From positions 41,788,001 to 41,852,000 of the forward strand of contig CM060731.1 of assembly GCA_030704615.1 (NCBI GenBank): 64,000 bases of DNA. Reading direction: 5' to 3'. Both the position numbers and the translations under genes were made by a program. Source of the stretch: Takakia lepidozioides (lineage: Eukaryota; Plantae; Bryophyta). Of the stretch, positions 10,768 through 24,460 are shown piece by piece; the first letter of the stretch is position 1, and each line of letters opens with the position of its first letter. Below the pieces are notes generated by a model that saw nothing but the letters and a program-made list of their open reading frames with translations, did no database searches and was not told the origin of the DNA.

Positions 10768-13700
10768 ATGGGTGTGGAACGCAAGTCGGGAGTGATCGCT
10801 CTGTTTGACGTCGATGGCACGCTCACTCCTGCTCGAAAGGTGTGTGGAGGTCTCATGTTCTGCCTCAGAAGCAGATCCAAGTTCAAAAGGCAGCAAGCTC
10901 TTTGTTCTGTAAAGCATTTAAGTGTGGCATTTTTGGACGTGGGGTTTTGTCTCTGTTATGTTATGCTGCGTTTGTGTGCGTTGTAGCCTTATAGACGCGA
11001 TTTTTTCCTTCCTTTTACAAGAATCCGTTATATCTTACTCGCTGATTTAAAGGTTACTCATAAGTCTTTGTTATCATGAACTGCGTACCCGCCACCAGGG
11101 TGTCAGATTGATAGAGAACAAGAATTAATTTGTGCGCCAACACTGAATGTGGGATCTGTTGGATCTGTTGGATCTGTTAGGAAGCGTCACCTCAAATGCT
11201 CAAGTTTCTTCAAGTTCTACGCAAGGTATCACCCTCTTTTTCTCTATTTGTCAATTTCAATAGGAGTGTCTTCCTCAGATGATTCCCCACTGTTTAACAT
11301 CAATGCTCTGAGCGTTTGTGAATCCCAGTCTGCCCAGGGAGTATGTATACTGGCTATGGTGCTTTTCAGGAGAGGGAGTGAGGGATCAGGTTATGGGAGG
11401 GGCTGCCACAGCTGAGATGCGTTCAGAGAGCTCTCTGCATGGGCAATGTGGCCTCCATCCTGGGAATTTCCAAGAGAAAGAGTGAGAGGGGTTTTATGCC
11501 TTACAATACGATCTGGGTTGGAGAACAGAAAAGCCAGACTCGAAACACTTTTTGGGGTTAAGACGGAATAAATCCATACTTTGGTTGCATGCATAGGCAC
11601 ATGAAGTTGAACTACTGATAAAGCTTTGTTCTGTTGGAGACGGGTCCAGGTGGTAACAGTAGGTGTTGTGGGGGGATCCGACCTCATAAAAATTTCTGAA
11701 CAGCTTGGCAAAAATGGTCTCTCTCTCTCTCTCTCAATCCACAATTTTTGGCAGAAGTTTTCAGCTTTGATGACCCAAAAGGCCTGGCAGCCTACCTGCA
11801 TGATGCGCTTTGTCTTCGGGTATCCTTTGATGTATTCTGAAGTGGTTTCTTGTTGTTCTACTTTTTCTGGTGGGCCTTGGAGCCCCCTGTTGATGTGATC
11901 AAGTTTATCTCTTTCTTTATCTCTCTGTTACTTTTGAGACTAGCTGGAGTCAAGCTTATCTTGCAAATGGTGCATTGTTCACCGTGAGTGAGCTGTGGGA
12001 GTTCCATAGGACACTGAGCCAACTGAGACAGATTAGATCTAGTAGTGTGATGGCAAGTCATTACAGTAATGTTTAGAACACAGTTGCTGTCTCAAACCTT
12101 TATGTGTCAGAGCAGCTTTGGAACCAAATGTGGAGGTCGTTGCTCAAATATTGTGCTGACATGGATGCGTGGATGTGTGGCAGCTGTGTCAGAGTATGAT
12201 TATGTCTTCTCAGAGAATGGGCTTGTGGCTCACAAGAATGGGAAACTTATTGGCAATCAGGTCTGTTTGTGTCCCTCCTTTGGCCTTCACTTCATGTTCC
12301 CTTGAACTATTGCAGACCTATGGTACTGTCTGCAGGACAGATGATGAATGCATCTCTTGCTCACCTCTTGAAGACTACATTTGGGTGCTTTCATTTTAGA
12401 TATTGCGGTTTGTGATAGCTTGTGGAGCTGATTATCAAAAAAATTGTCTGCCTTCCTTTGATTCTGCAAGCTAGCTACCAAAGTCCTGATGCTGGAGGGG
12501 AAGATGGACTGTGTTGGGTGCAGAGCCTGAAGGCACATTTGGGTGAGGCAAAGCTCCAGGTAACTATTGCATCCGCCTTTGTTTGGTATTCTTCTAAGCT
12601 GTCATATCCTGCCTGCTTATATGAATGGTCATTGCCATAAACGCTCTGAACTTTGAACTGTCTACACAAGATAACATAAGCTGGAACTGGGGCTTGAAGT
12701 TGTACCAAACACACTTCGACTTGTGTGAGTCCTTGGAGGAAAGTTGTGTGCATCCACAGGTCTGGTTTGCTTGATAATCACAAGGGGTTCAATGCTGCAT
12801 ACCCAACAGAATTCTGTTCATGTAAGCTTTGAATATCATAAGTAACTGGATCATCTTTGCATAATAGACAGACAGTTTGTGATGGGCCCCTTCCAAGACA
12901 AAGCCGCAATACTGTTGTGAACCCCAGGGAAGTGGCAAATGTCCTATGCTGGTGTCTTGTTTCTTGATCTATAGGTTGACTGGTGTTTGGCTTCAATGGC
13001 ATTGTCCGATTATGCTTGGATGTGCACTGTGCCTGGCATGTATTTGAGTTTGAAGTAGACCTCAACCAGTTTTACATCAGGTTAATAACATGGGAAATGA
13101 TGGGGTCTTTTTTGTATGCCTTTTTGATGTGCAGGAGTTTATTAACTTTACACTTCACTACATTGCTGACCTGGATATTCCTATCAAGAGGTCAGTTTCC
13201 CAAAGTGGCAGATGTTGGAAGTAGTTGTCTGTTCTTGGCATATGCTTTCAAATCTCAAGGTTGTCTGTTCATAAGACTCCTAAGGCTTGGCAAGAAGTTA
13301 CAAATGTTGTGCATTAAATTCAATGTTCACCAACTCTAAAAAAAAAAAAAAAAAAAAAAAAAGGCTTCAAATCTAAAAAATGGACCATGAGAATGTGGCA
13401 CTCAAAAAATCAACCCTCCAAAAAAAAAAAAAAAACAAAAAACCTTTGTAGTAGTTGTAGTGCAGCCAAATGTAGATTTGAGATCATTGGCATCACGCAC
13501 CATTGATAGTATTTATATATGTGACCAAAGGGTCTGACCAGCAGTCAGGGAATGGATGTGATGGTCTTATCGTGTGGTGCTTGACAGAGGCACATTCATA
13601 GAGTTCCGAATGGGCATGCTCAATGTGTCCCCAATAGGCCGCAACTGCAGTCAAGAGGAGCGCGAAGAGTTTGAGCGCTACGACAAGGTAAACCAGCCAA

Positions 13701-15686
13701 AAGAAGAGAGAGGGAACCAAGACAACCTTCATGATGTCCACAGTGGCTCCAACAGGCCCATGTGAGAAAGTAGAACAACAAGAACACAAGTAAAGGGCCC
13801 ATGGGAAATAGTAGGACACGAAGAAACCACTTTAGGAAACATAAAGCGCCATCCAAATGCAGGTAGGCTGGCAGGCACTTGTTGCAAGACAGGAGAAAAA
13901 AAGTGATTAATTACTTCCCTGGTAGAGAGAGAGAGAAAAAAAAAATCTGCTGCCTGTGAAATCCATTGGTGATGTCTTCTTTGGGGCATGGTACTGTTGC
14001 GGACAACCTTGAAGAGAATGCAACTGAGTGTCATATGTTGTACATGCGGAACCAGCTGTGACAAGTGTAGCTTCGTTAAGGGTAACTCGTCGGCAAATGG
14101 TCTCTATTTTCCAAACACTAGAAGTAGGGCCTGAGCCATAGTTTGCAAGTGTCTAATGCCCTAGATAACTGTAAGCATGGCTCCCCCCTGAACCCAATCA
14201 GGATCCTTGAAAAGGTTACTTTGGTGCTAGTGAGACGATGTACTTCCCGCCGAGTCCTGGTATTACGTTAGTGCTATTTGCTAGAGAAAATTGGCGTCAG
14301 TACCTGTCTCTTCCTGTCTCTTCCAACCCCAAATTAGGTGATAGAATCATGCTAAACTGGTAATGCAGGTGCACTGTGTGAGGAAAACAATGGTGGGCGT
14401 ACTCAAGGACAAATTCAAGGACTTCAGTCTGACCTTCTCTATCGGTGGCCAGATAAGCTTTGATGTGAGTTGAGCTGTGCTTGTGTAAGATGTTAGATTT
14501 CTCTACTATCTCCTAGATTCCAGTAGCAGTGTATTTGGTAGATTGTGCAACAGTCTCTTGGTGCGTATGTTTGAGCAGGGGCATAACTTGCAGTTTTGTG
14601 GGGTACATCAGGTTTTCCCAAAAGGATGGGATAAAACCTTCTGCCTCCAGTTTGTTGAGAAAGAGTTCTCTGAGATTCACTTCTTCGGTGACAAAACCTA
14701 TGAGGTAGATTACCACTTCTCTGTATATCAAAGGTGAGGATGAGCGAGAGATGTACAGCATAAAATTGGGAGGGGAGGAGGAAGTGCAATAAGGGTGGTG
14801 GCAAACTAGACTTCAAAGGAAAAAATTTGGGTTCTGATACCTTGTGATTGCCTTGAATTGCTGGGTGGGTTCTTCTTGCTATTTTAGATGCTTACTGTCT
14901 TCTGCTATCCTCAATTGGGCCTGTTGGCACTTGTATATTTCTGGTTGATATTATTGTACTACTGTTTCTTTTCTTTTCCTGTGAGGTTTAGAGGCTGATT
15001 GCAGCGGCTATAAGTATCAGATAAGGGCACTGTGGCCACACTTAGGGTGGTCCTGGGCTTAAATATGTTTAGATCTATGTTGGTGGTTGCTTTATGTATG
15101 TATGAGGTCTTAGGAACTGGGCATTAACCCCAAATGTTTGTGAAAATGGAGATTGTCCCAACCCTTTGGCCATAAGGCCCTCCTTGTAGTGCTTATTGAA
15201 AACTAAGTTCTCCTGATGATTTGTTTGAGTCAACAGGGGGGAAATGATTATGAGATCTATGCGTCAGAGAAGACTATAGGCCATACTGGTAAGCATTCTG
15301 TACTTCCTTTTACAACAGAAGAACAGTTATGTAAGGCAATAGTGTTTTTGCGACAGCATTCTTTTCATAACCTGGCAAATTGCGAGTCCTCTGATTTCCA
15401 AACCTCCATCATCTCATTTGGTGCTGTAAGCCGTTTGTTATTTTTTCGGGTGCTGGGGTACTACACATTACCCAAGAATCTTATAAACCTGTCCCCGTTC
15501 TTTTCTAGTTTTTGCTTGGTCCTGGTTAAGCAACATACTACTACATTAATGGAGCCATGGCTAGAGTTGAGTCAGGGCATCCTGTTTTCATACTCTCTCT
15601 CGTTTCTGACGAGAGTAGAACCGGTTTGTGCAGTGACAAGCCCTGAAGACACCATCCAGCAATGCACAGACATTTTCTTATCTTAA
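10768..15686 (+). CDS. PMM: Phosphomannomutase (HAD-IIB), apparently intact, 11 exons, 248 aa
   Basis: Exons 10768-10839, 11181-11225, 11650-11716, 12184-12260, 12524-12559, 13135-13190, 13588-13687, 14369-14464, 14612-14704, 15237-15288, 15634-15686. All introns are GT-AG and phases are consistent (747 nt). Motifs [67 protein letters not shown]. Confidence 0.95.
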
Positions 15687-16139
15687 ATCATTTGCGCTAC
15701 AGAGAATCATGGAGCCTCAGCCTTCCCTTCTCTATGGAGGGTAACTGCTTGCAAGCAGTTTTTGGCATGTAGGAGTGCAGGCTTGTATCCTAACCTTCTT
15801 GTGTCCAGAAGGGTAGATAAAAACTTACTTAGAGATGGTCCTGTATTGTTACAGACTAGAATATAGCAAGAATCCATTCAATGGGCTGTATTCTTTGGGC
15901 TGCTCTCAGTTTTGTTTGGTAGGTGCCCTTATTAGAAAAGTGTTTCTTGAGGCATTACTGCTTTGGTAATTGCATTCAGTTACCACAATAAGGTTGAATT
16001 GAGGCATACGTTGTTGTGGTATAGGAGGCAGGTCGTATGCCAGTTTTTGATTGCATCACAAATGTAATCAGTACAATTTTACAGTGAATTCAATCATTTC
16101 TTTTTTAAAGAAAGGGGATGGAAGCGCTGAGTTTTTATA

Positions 16140-17262
16140 TCAGCCGGACAAAGGCCCAAGGAATACAAAGAGGAAAAAATAACCTCTATATTGGATGCCA
16201 TAGGGGCTGATCCAGGAAGGCAATGCTTCGTAATCAAAGACCTTAAGAAAAGCAGAGGAGGAAGCAGAATTCAGGGACAAAGCAGCAGTGAGAAGAGGAT
16301 CATCTTCAACAGAATACAGAGATCTAGTAACTACCACGCTTCCTCTTGTAAGGTTCATAAGAAAGCTGGGTTCTAGACCTAGTCTTCCTTAGAGCGACGG
16401 TGCCACCAATTGACCTCAGATTCTTCCCCATCTGCTGGTGAGTGCTTCACGCTAATGGAGCTCCCAGCTTGGTGGGATGGTGTCAACCCATTGAACTCAA
16501 TTCAATCATGATGTGAGAGTGAGGTCAAGTGGGGAAGTTTGATTTATCACATTCCTCTTTTTTTTTTCTTTCTAAAGGGAAACACCTAGGAGCAACAGCT
16601 CACAAATCAGGCCCCTTAATTATAGTGAGAGGAAAAAATAACCTCTTTCACAGGAGGAACCTGGCCGTTTTCACATCATTCTTTATACAAGTTGGATGCC
16701 TACTAGAGGATGTTAACAACCTAAATAGACAAGAAATGTTCACCAGAGAAGTCTGCAATGAGTACTGATGAAATTGGTTTTGATTTTGTAAGCAAATGAA
16801 TGACTGTTAGTGTCCCTCTTGGCATAGCCAGTATCTAACCGATTTGAGTAAAATCTTCTGGGAGACTCTTGATTTCCAGGGAGAAGCTTGGCATGGAGCA
16901 GTCTCCCTTAGGACTCCCACCAGCTCTGATGGATCAAACACTATGTATGATGCAAGCCCCTTCATTTCTGACATTGTGTCATCCATGTCCTCCTCTTCTG
17001 GAGTCTCTCTCACGCTACTTTGGATGGCGGGAGCTGAGCTGGCGGATGAACAATGCAAGGAAGTCGTGCGTTTGGATTGGAAAACTTCCCACAAACAGAG
17101 TTTGAAGCCTGCGGCCAAACGACAGCTTTCGGGGCAGTCTTCTGCGTCGCAAAACCAAGGAAGAGCGAAGAGAGAGAGAGAGGGGGGCGGAGAGAGGGGC
17201 GGGGGGGGGGGGGGGGTCTGGCAATTCTTGAGTGTTGTTACAACGAACTTAGCCACATTCAT
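16140..17262 (-). pseudogene. Possible captured, degenerate gene of unknown identity
   Basis: Protein-like minus-strand segments (16807-17262, 16140-16420) with a transit-peptide-like N-terminus. Family not recognised. Confidence 0.25.
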
Positions 17263-18091
17263 GGAGAAGAGAGAGAGGGATCGAGAGAGAGCGCGGAGAA
17301 GAGTGTGACGGATACTCCAGCGATTTCCTCACCAGACACCAGTTCCATATCCGGTGATAAATCCTGTATCTCAACACATGGCTCTTTTTGAACTTCGTGG
17401 CAAAGCTGCTGGAATGCTTAGAAACTCACAACGGTATATCCTAATAACTGAAAACAATAAACCTATGTCTAGTCTCCCAGCATATATGTTCACGGACCAG
17501 TTCTTCCTGATCTTGACTTTGTTGACATGTGTAGTTCACATATAATGCAGTTTAGAACGATGATCTCAGGCAAATAAATCCACCGAGAACGTCAAAATTC
17601 CCCGGAAAAATAACATCAGACTGGAGTATCTCACAAAGTTTGCTTCACGCGCGATGAAAAGATGTCATACTGGAGATAAAAATTAATATAAGACAATTCT
17701 GCGAGACTGATGGGGCCTTGAGCATTCAAGACAGTTCAGTATTCTACAAAACAGCAGGAAATGTGAAGTACTGTGTACATAACCCCAAACATTCAGCTCC
17801 ATGATCATTCTTTGGAAGTATAAATATGTAGCTTCCACATCTTTGTGGGAGCAGCAGTGGTATTTCTAGAGCAACGGTCCTCCCAAGGTAATAAATGGAA
17901 AAAGCTGTTGTGTTTAATGCTGTGCATAAGTACTTGGCGAATTTTTTTCCCTTACACGCAATGTGTGGAGTCTGATCTTTTGTAGCAAGATAGTATGTTC
18001 TGGTCTGGAATGGCATCAGGCTTCGAAACCGTTTATAAACCTGATGTGAACCTGGTGTGGTATAAAACCTGGTGTTTTTTTTAGTTTTCTA

Positions 18092-18340
18092 TGAAAGGAT
18101 TTCCCCATTCAGCTCTATGAATTAATTTTGATGAGCAATTCTTATGCAACTTCTCATGGTGACAAGGCCGATGGGCGAGATGAATCACTCCCTCCTCCTG
18201 GGAGAGACAGGCCAACCAACAGGCATAACGGGAGGGAGTTTTTTTTATCTTGATGCCCATGGGCCTTGTCACCATGAGAAGTTGCATAAGAATTGCTCAT
18301 CAAAATTTCACAAAGCTGAATGGGCTAATCCTTAAACTTT
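18092..18340. repeat. Long inverted repeat (fold-back), candidate hairpin RNA
   Basis: ATTTTGATGAGCAATTCTTATGCAACTTCTCATGGTGACAAGGCC (~18126-18169) pairs with its reverse complement at ~18261-18307. Pairing extends imperfectly outward; loop ~80-90 nt. Confidence 0.8.
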
Positions 18341-19199
18341 CATGGAACACTAGAATCGCTGGGGCAGAGCAACATAATCCAACAATGAGCTGGTACCTCC
18401 TGCTTAGTGTCACTATATCCACAAAGGGAATTTTTGAGCAAAGCTTTATGGTTCTTTTCAAGGGCCACTTTTTTCCTTGTTTGTTACTTTTCTTCTGTCC
18501 CATAAACTCTTTGAGCTTTCCTTGGGCCATATATAGTTTCTCTTTCTTTGCCACCTCAAATAGGTTCAATGCTCCACCAACAACTCATGAATTTCAATTG
18601 ACAGATCCAAATATTTGAGAAATGTTGAGGAAGGTATCTTCTCAAGAAGCTCGTTGTGTTTCAACCGAGTCTGTTTGTTTGTAATGAGTCTGTCTGATCA
18701 GATTAGTACACTGGCACGAGGTTTCCTGTGTTTCAACACATAATAGGGAGGTTCTTAGAGGTGTTGCGTCAAACAGCGTGACCGTGGAGAGAAATGAATT
18801 GAGATGGTACCGTAGAGAGAAAGACAGAAAACAACTTTTGCCCAAAATAGAACAAAGCACAAAAAAGTTGTGAATTCCAAATTTAGTCAAACTTGTTGAG
18901 ACGACATACGCACTGGAAGCGATTATCATTTGTGCTGATCGGAAATCTACGTTGGGGGCTTCCTTGTTAAAGTTGTTGGCGTAGGGAATAGCTGGAGATT
19001 GCGCCGCTGCATCACAGATTTGGAGAAGGAGTTTGCAGTTGGCAGCGAAAGCATAGTTTTGTTTGGAGCTGGGCAGTGAGAGTGCTCATGGTTTTGCTTG
19101 GAGCTGGCAGTGAGAGAGCATACTTCTGTTTGCAGCTGTCAATGAGAGCATGGTTTGTTTATACGATTTCATAGTATGGAGATATGTTGTTAGAGCTAT

Positions 19200-19848
19200 C
19201 ATGGAGTGCATGGATGCAAGCAAAGGGGTGTATCTGGTGGGCACCCGGATTTGGGAAGTGGGGAATAGGTATCGCATTCTATCTCGACTTGGCTCTGGAT
19301 CATACAGAGATGTTTGTAGAGCTTTGGATCTTGAACTCCACTAAGTGGTGGCTATCAAGAGGGTGGAGGATGTGTTTAGCTGCGGGCCAAACGGGAGTTG
19401 AGGGACGTTTGTATCCTCCAACATTTGGCCCATCCCAACGTTATCTCTTTCAAGGAGGTGTTCAGTGTCCACACAACGGGGCGCACCGACCTCTACATAG
19501 TTACTGAAGTCGCAAAATGGGGAGACCTTGCCGATCGTTTGGCTAATCAAGTCGAGCCTATGCCAGCGTTGTGCAATCTATCATCAAAGAGGTACTGCAA
19601 GCTGTTCTGTTCAGTACCTGCACTCTTGCAATGTGTGGCACATGGATATCAAGGCGGAGAACCTACTTTTTAAGGAAGGGCGAGTCCTACTGTGTGATTT
19701 TGGCCTATCCCGGGCTGCAGCTGCAGAGGGTGAGGCTACTTTCGAGCCTCCCAAAGTGATCATGCCCCAGGGGAAGTATACTTCAGCAATTGACATATGG
19801 TCAGTGGGATGCATCTTTGGGGAGTTCCTCCTCATGTATATATTTTAA
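19200..19848 (+). pseudogene. MAP kinase-like (CMGC) pseudogene with internal deletions
   Basis: LGSGSY, VAIKR, HPNVI, HMDIKAENLL, CDFGLSR, YTSAIDIWSVGCIFGE; contains stops and frameshifts. Confidence 0.8.
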
Positions 19849-20169
19849 TACAAAATTATGGACAAACTATAGATCGGATCTAAGAAAAATCAAAATAACT
19901 TGTGTAACCGATAAAAATTAGTATAAAATTTATTTTCCGTTTATAGAACTGTTAAAAACATGCTGAAATGTGTTGAGAAAGGTGCTTTCATTAGCAATGC
20001 CTTGTTTTATCAATTGTGCTACTGCCGCTATTGTTTCCACTTAGGCCAAAACAAGAAGTTTTTTTTTTTTTTAAAGGTGGGGGCCTCTCTCCCTCCCCCG
20101 TTTTCCTTGGCCTAAGTAGGGGGGAGAGAGACAGCAGTAGCAGCTGCTGCTCTCTCCCTGCTTAGGCAA

Positions 20170-22430
20170 ACAAAATGATAAAAAAAACAATAATAGTAAT
20201 AACAGATCTCGTTGCTCCCACATTTGACATACATGTTGACGTGGGTACTGTTCAGAATGACACCTGATATAACCCTAGCTTTGACAACATCACCATGGAC
20301 CTCTTTGCCTTTTTCAAGGGCTGCTTGCATGGTTGCTCATGCATTATAAACACAAATGAACATGATCTGGTCCAACTTCAAGCCTTCCTGCATCATTTGC
20401 TCAAAGGTCTCTATGTCAAAGTCTTCATGTCGCACCCCTCCTATGCATATCCTGCATTCATCACGTTCCACAACACCATATCTCGTTCAGCCATATTGTC
20501 AAAACACTGCATCTGGTTAAACCACCTTGCTGCACCCGCTCTTAAATTACATGTCCACCAAAGTAGGGTTCAGAATGACAGCTGATACAATTCCAGTTCT
20601 TACGATGTCACCATGGACTTCTTTGCCCTTTTCGAAAGGGTATCAGGAGAGAAAGAACTCCCGCTCTCTCTCTCTCTCTCCCCTTTAAGCTCCCGACGCG
20701 ATGAATTCGAGGTCAAATGGTGGGGTCAGCTGCAATGTATGACTAATACCCGGTATCCTAAGTTAATCGACTCTATATCTTGGAAGCAGGACTGCCCAGT
20801 AGATTTCAAATAGTTTGGATTCTAATTTAATGTCCCGGTAGCTATATAAACTATTCTAAGTGTCAAATTGTTGTACAAGGAAAAACAAGCTCATGTGAAA
20901 TGTGATGGGACATACAGCTTGTTGTTAGGTGTTGGTAAAATGCAGGGAGAACATTCTGCTGCTCAAATGGATCCCACCTGCCAGCTGCAACATAGATATT
21001 TGATAGCAACACATAAGTCGCGGCATCCTGTTCATTCGACGTGAGGATAGATATTGCCGCACATTCAGCCATCTCCACATTGCCATGGATTCTGCAAGCA
21101 CCAAGCAAGGCCTTCCACCCCATAACATCTGGATTGATGGCATTTTATTAATCAGGTCCACTGCCTCATCCAGTTGTCCCGCACATCCAAGAAGGTCTAC
21201 CATGCAGCCAAAGTGCTTTACTGTCAGAGTGACACCATGATCTTGACTAAGGGAATCGAAGTAGTGTCTTCCTTCATCCAGTAGGCCAATGTGGCTGCAT
21301 GCAGAGAGAACACATATAAAGGTGATACTGCCCGACTTCAAACCGTTCTTTTGCATTCCTTCAAATAGTTGCAGGACCTCCCTATGACAACCATGCTGGG
21401 CATATCATGCAATCATCGCGTTCCACGACACCACATTTCGTTTAGCCTGCATATTGTCAAATACTCCCTTTGCATCCTCAATGCACCCACATTTTGCATA
21501 CATGTCCACCAGGGCAGTGTCCAGAATGACATTTGGTACAATTCCAGCTTTGATGATGTCACCGTGCACCTCTTTGCCCTTTTCCAAGGCTGCCAGACTT
21601 GCACAATCATTGCAAACGCACACAAACGTGATGTGGTTGTGCTTCACCCCTTCCCCCATCATTTGCTCATAGGTCTCCAAGGCCTCCATCAGTGCCCCTG
21701 CTATGCATATCCTGCAAGCATGTCGTTCCATAACACCAAATCTTGTTCCACCTTGAACACTCACTCCACATCCCCAATGCCCCAATGCTCCCACATTTGG
21801 CATACATGTCCACAAGGGGAGTGTCCAAATCACATCTGGTACAATTTCAGATTGACATGCAACCATAGACCTCTTTGCCCTTTTCCAGGGCTGCCAGACT
21901 TGCACACAAACGTTATGTGGTCAGGCTTTACCCCTTCTCCCATCATTTTCTCGTAGGTCTCCAAAGCCTTCATCCCATGCCCCTGCCGTGCACATCCTGC
22001 AAGCATCGCGCGTTCCATAACACCATATCTCGTCCAGCCATAGTGTTGAACATTCCCTCCGCACCCTCAATGCTCCCACATTTGGCATACATGTCCACGA
22101 GGGTATTGTTCAGAATCAATTCTGATACAATTCCAGCTTTTGCGATGCAACTATGCACCTCGTTGCCCTTTTCTAGGGCTGTCAGGCTTGCACACGGACT
22201 GCAAACGCACACAAACATGATGTGGTCGGGCTTCACCCCTTCCCCCATCATTTGCTCATAGGTCTCCAAAGCCTCCATCCCGCGCCCCTGCTGTGCATAC
22301 CCTGCAAGCATCGCACTCCACGACACCACAACTCATTTAGCCATAGTGTTGAACACTTCCTTTGAATTCTCAAAGCACCCACATTTGACATACATGTCCA
22401 CCAGGGCAGTGTTCAAAACGACATCTGGTA
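20170..22430 (-). pseudogene. PLS-class PPR relics including an E domain
   Basis: PPR motifs as in element 1. HFGCMVDLLG..GQLDEA, WKALLGACRIHGNV and ATYVLLSNIY (20863-21356). Frameshifted. Confidence 0.88.
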
Positions 22431-24460
22431 ATCTGACAGGCATTCACCTCTTTCCCTCGGTTGTCCCACCATTGACTGGGGTCAGAAAAATACTCACTCC
22501 ACAACTTCTCCTCATCTCTGCTACCTGTTTCTGGATACTTTCCTGTTGTCACATTGGCAGTATCATGTCAAAGCCACTCCAAACTAACTCAACCAGCTAA
22601 CTTGCAGAATTCAACATGAAAATTTGGGGCCGATCTGATAAAAAGGAAAAACAGGCTGAACGGTGTTGAAGAAGGTGCCTTGATTAGTAGTGCCTTATTT
22701 TATAAATTGTGCCGCTGCTGCTGCTGCGGCTTCCAGTTGACCATCTACCCATGCAGGTATCTTATATCCTTCCACAGGAATCATATGTAATCTGGAGCTT
22801 GAAATCCGGTCTTCTTGGATGAATCTGGACCCACACTCTATCCCTGTTCTTTCAGGTATCCATGCCCCTGCACGAATCATGCCTACATCCTTGCCTTGCT
22901 GCTAGCAGCTGATAATGATAGCCTATAATTCTTCCAGCAAACCCCCCAACCATACTTCTCACGCTAGTTTCTATGCTGACTTGCGTCTGCTTCCAACAAA
23001 CATTCACCTTAAATTGCCTCGATTGTTCCACCATTGGCTGGGGTCGGAAACGTGTTCATTCCAGAGCTTCTCCTCGGCTCCATTATCTGTTTTTTGATAC
23101 TTTCCTGTTGCCACATTGCCAGTAACATGTCAAAATCACTCCAAAACCACCATAGAGACGAGCTAACTTGCAAAATTCAGCACGAAAATTTTGGGACGAC
23201 TTTGATAACAGGGAAAAACAGGCTGAAATGTGTTGAAGAAGGTGCCTTCATTATACTCAATTGTGCTGTTGCCGCTGCTGTTTCCAGCTGACCATCTACC
23301 CACACAGATTTCTTGTAGCTATTGATCCACAGGGAATCAGAAGTAATCTTGTGATTGAAATCCAACCCCCTAGGATGAATGTGGACCTCTATCCCTGGTC
23401 CTTCAGCCAGCTAACTTGCAAATTTCAGCATGGAAATTTAGGGCCGATTCTGATAAGAGGGAAAAACAGGGTGAAATGTGTTGAAGAAGGTGCCTTCATT
23501 AGCAATGCCTGATTTTATCCATTGTGCCGCTGCTACTGTGGCTTCCAGTTGACCATATGTCTTCCACAGGGAATCATAGGTAATGTGGAGCTTGAAATCC
23601 GGCCCTCTTGGATAAATTTGGGCCCACATTCTATCTCTGCTAGCAGCTGAAGCAGCTGACACTGATGGCATGAAGTTCTTCCAGAAAACACCCTAACCCT
23701 ACCTATAGTAACATGTCAAAAACACTCCAAAACCACCATAGATCCACCCAACGAGCTAACTTACAGAAATCAATATGCATCTCAAGGCCGAGTCTGATGA
23801 GAAGGTAAAACAGGCAGAAATAGGTTGAAGAAGAAGGTGCCTCACCACATTGTCCTTGACCTTGTGTCATGACCCATGGAGGATTTGACCAAACATCAAC
23901 CCAAAAATGACCTCTTGCGTGTGCTGCTTGTGTCTGCAGCATTCAGAATGACATCTGGTAATCTGACAGGCATTCACCTTTTTGTCTCGTTTGTCCCACC
24001 ATTGGCTGGGGTCAGAAAAGTATTCATCCCACAACTTCTCCTCATCTCTGTTACCTGTTTTTGGATACTTTCCTGTTGTCACATTGGCAGTATCATATCA
24101 AAGTCACTCCAAACTACCAAAGGTTCACTCAACCAGCTAACTTGCACAATTCAACATGGAAATTTAGGGCCAATTTTGATAAGAGGGGAAAATAGGGTGA
24201 AATGTGTTGAAGAAGGTGTCTTCTCCTCACCTATGTTATCTGTTTTTGGATACTTTCCTGCTGCCACATCGGCAGTAATTTGTCAAAGTCACTCCTAACC
24301 ACCACAGATCCACCCAACGAGCTAAAGTAAAAAATTCAATATGCATCTCAGGGCCGAGTCTGATGAGAGGGCAAAACATGCTGAAATAGGTCAAAAGAAG
24401 AAGCTGCCCTCACCACATTGTCCTTGACCTTGTGTCATGACCCATGGAGGATTTGACCGA
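22430..24460 (-). pseudogene. Array of degenerate OSB-type PDF-motif modules upstream of the PPR repeats
   Basis: WWDNR/WWDKR at ~22460-22475 and ~23985-24000, RGPDFKLHITYDSLW, DFNHKITSDSLW...WVDGQL. Homologous to 4960-7170. Confidence 0.7.

Noticed and set aside
13338-13442. Poly(A) runs as retrocopy tails
   Set aside because: They lie within PMM intron 6, with no TSD or identifiable body.
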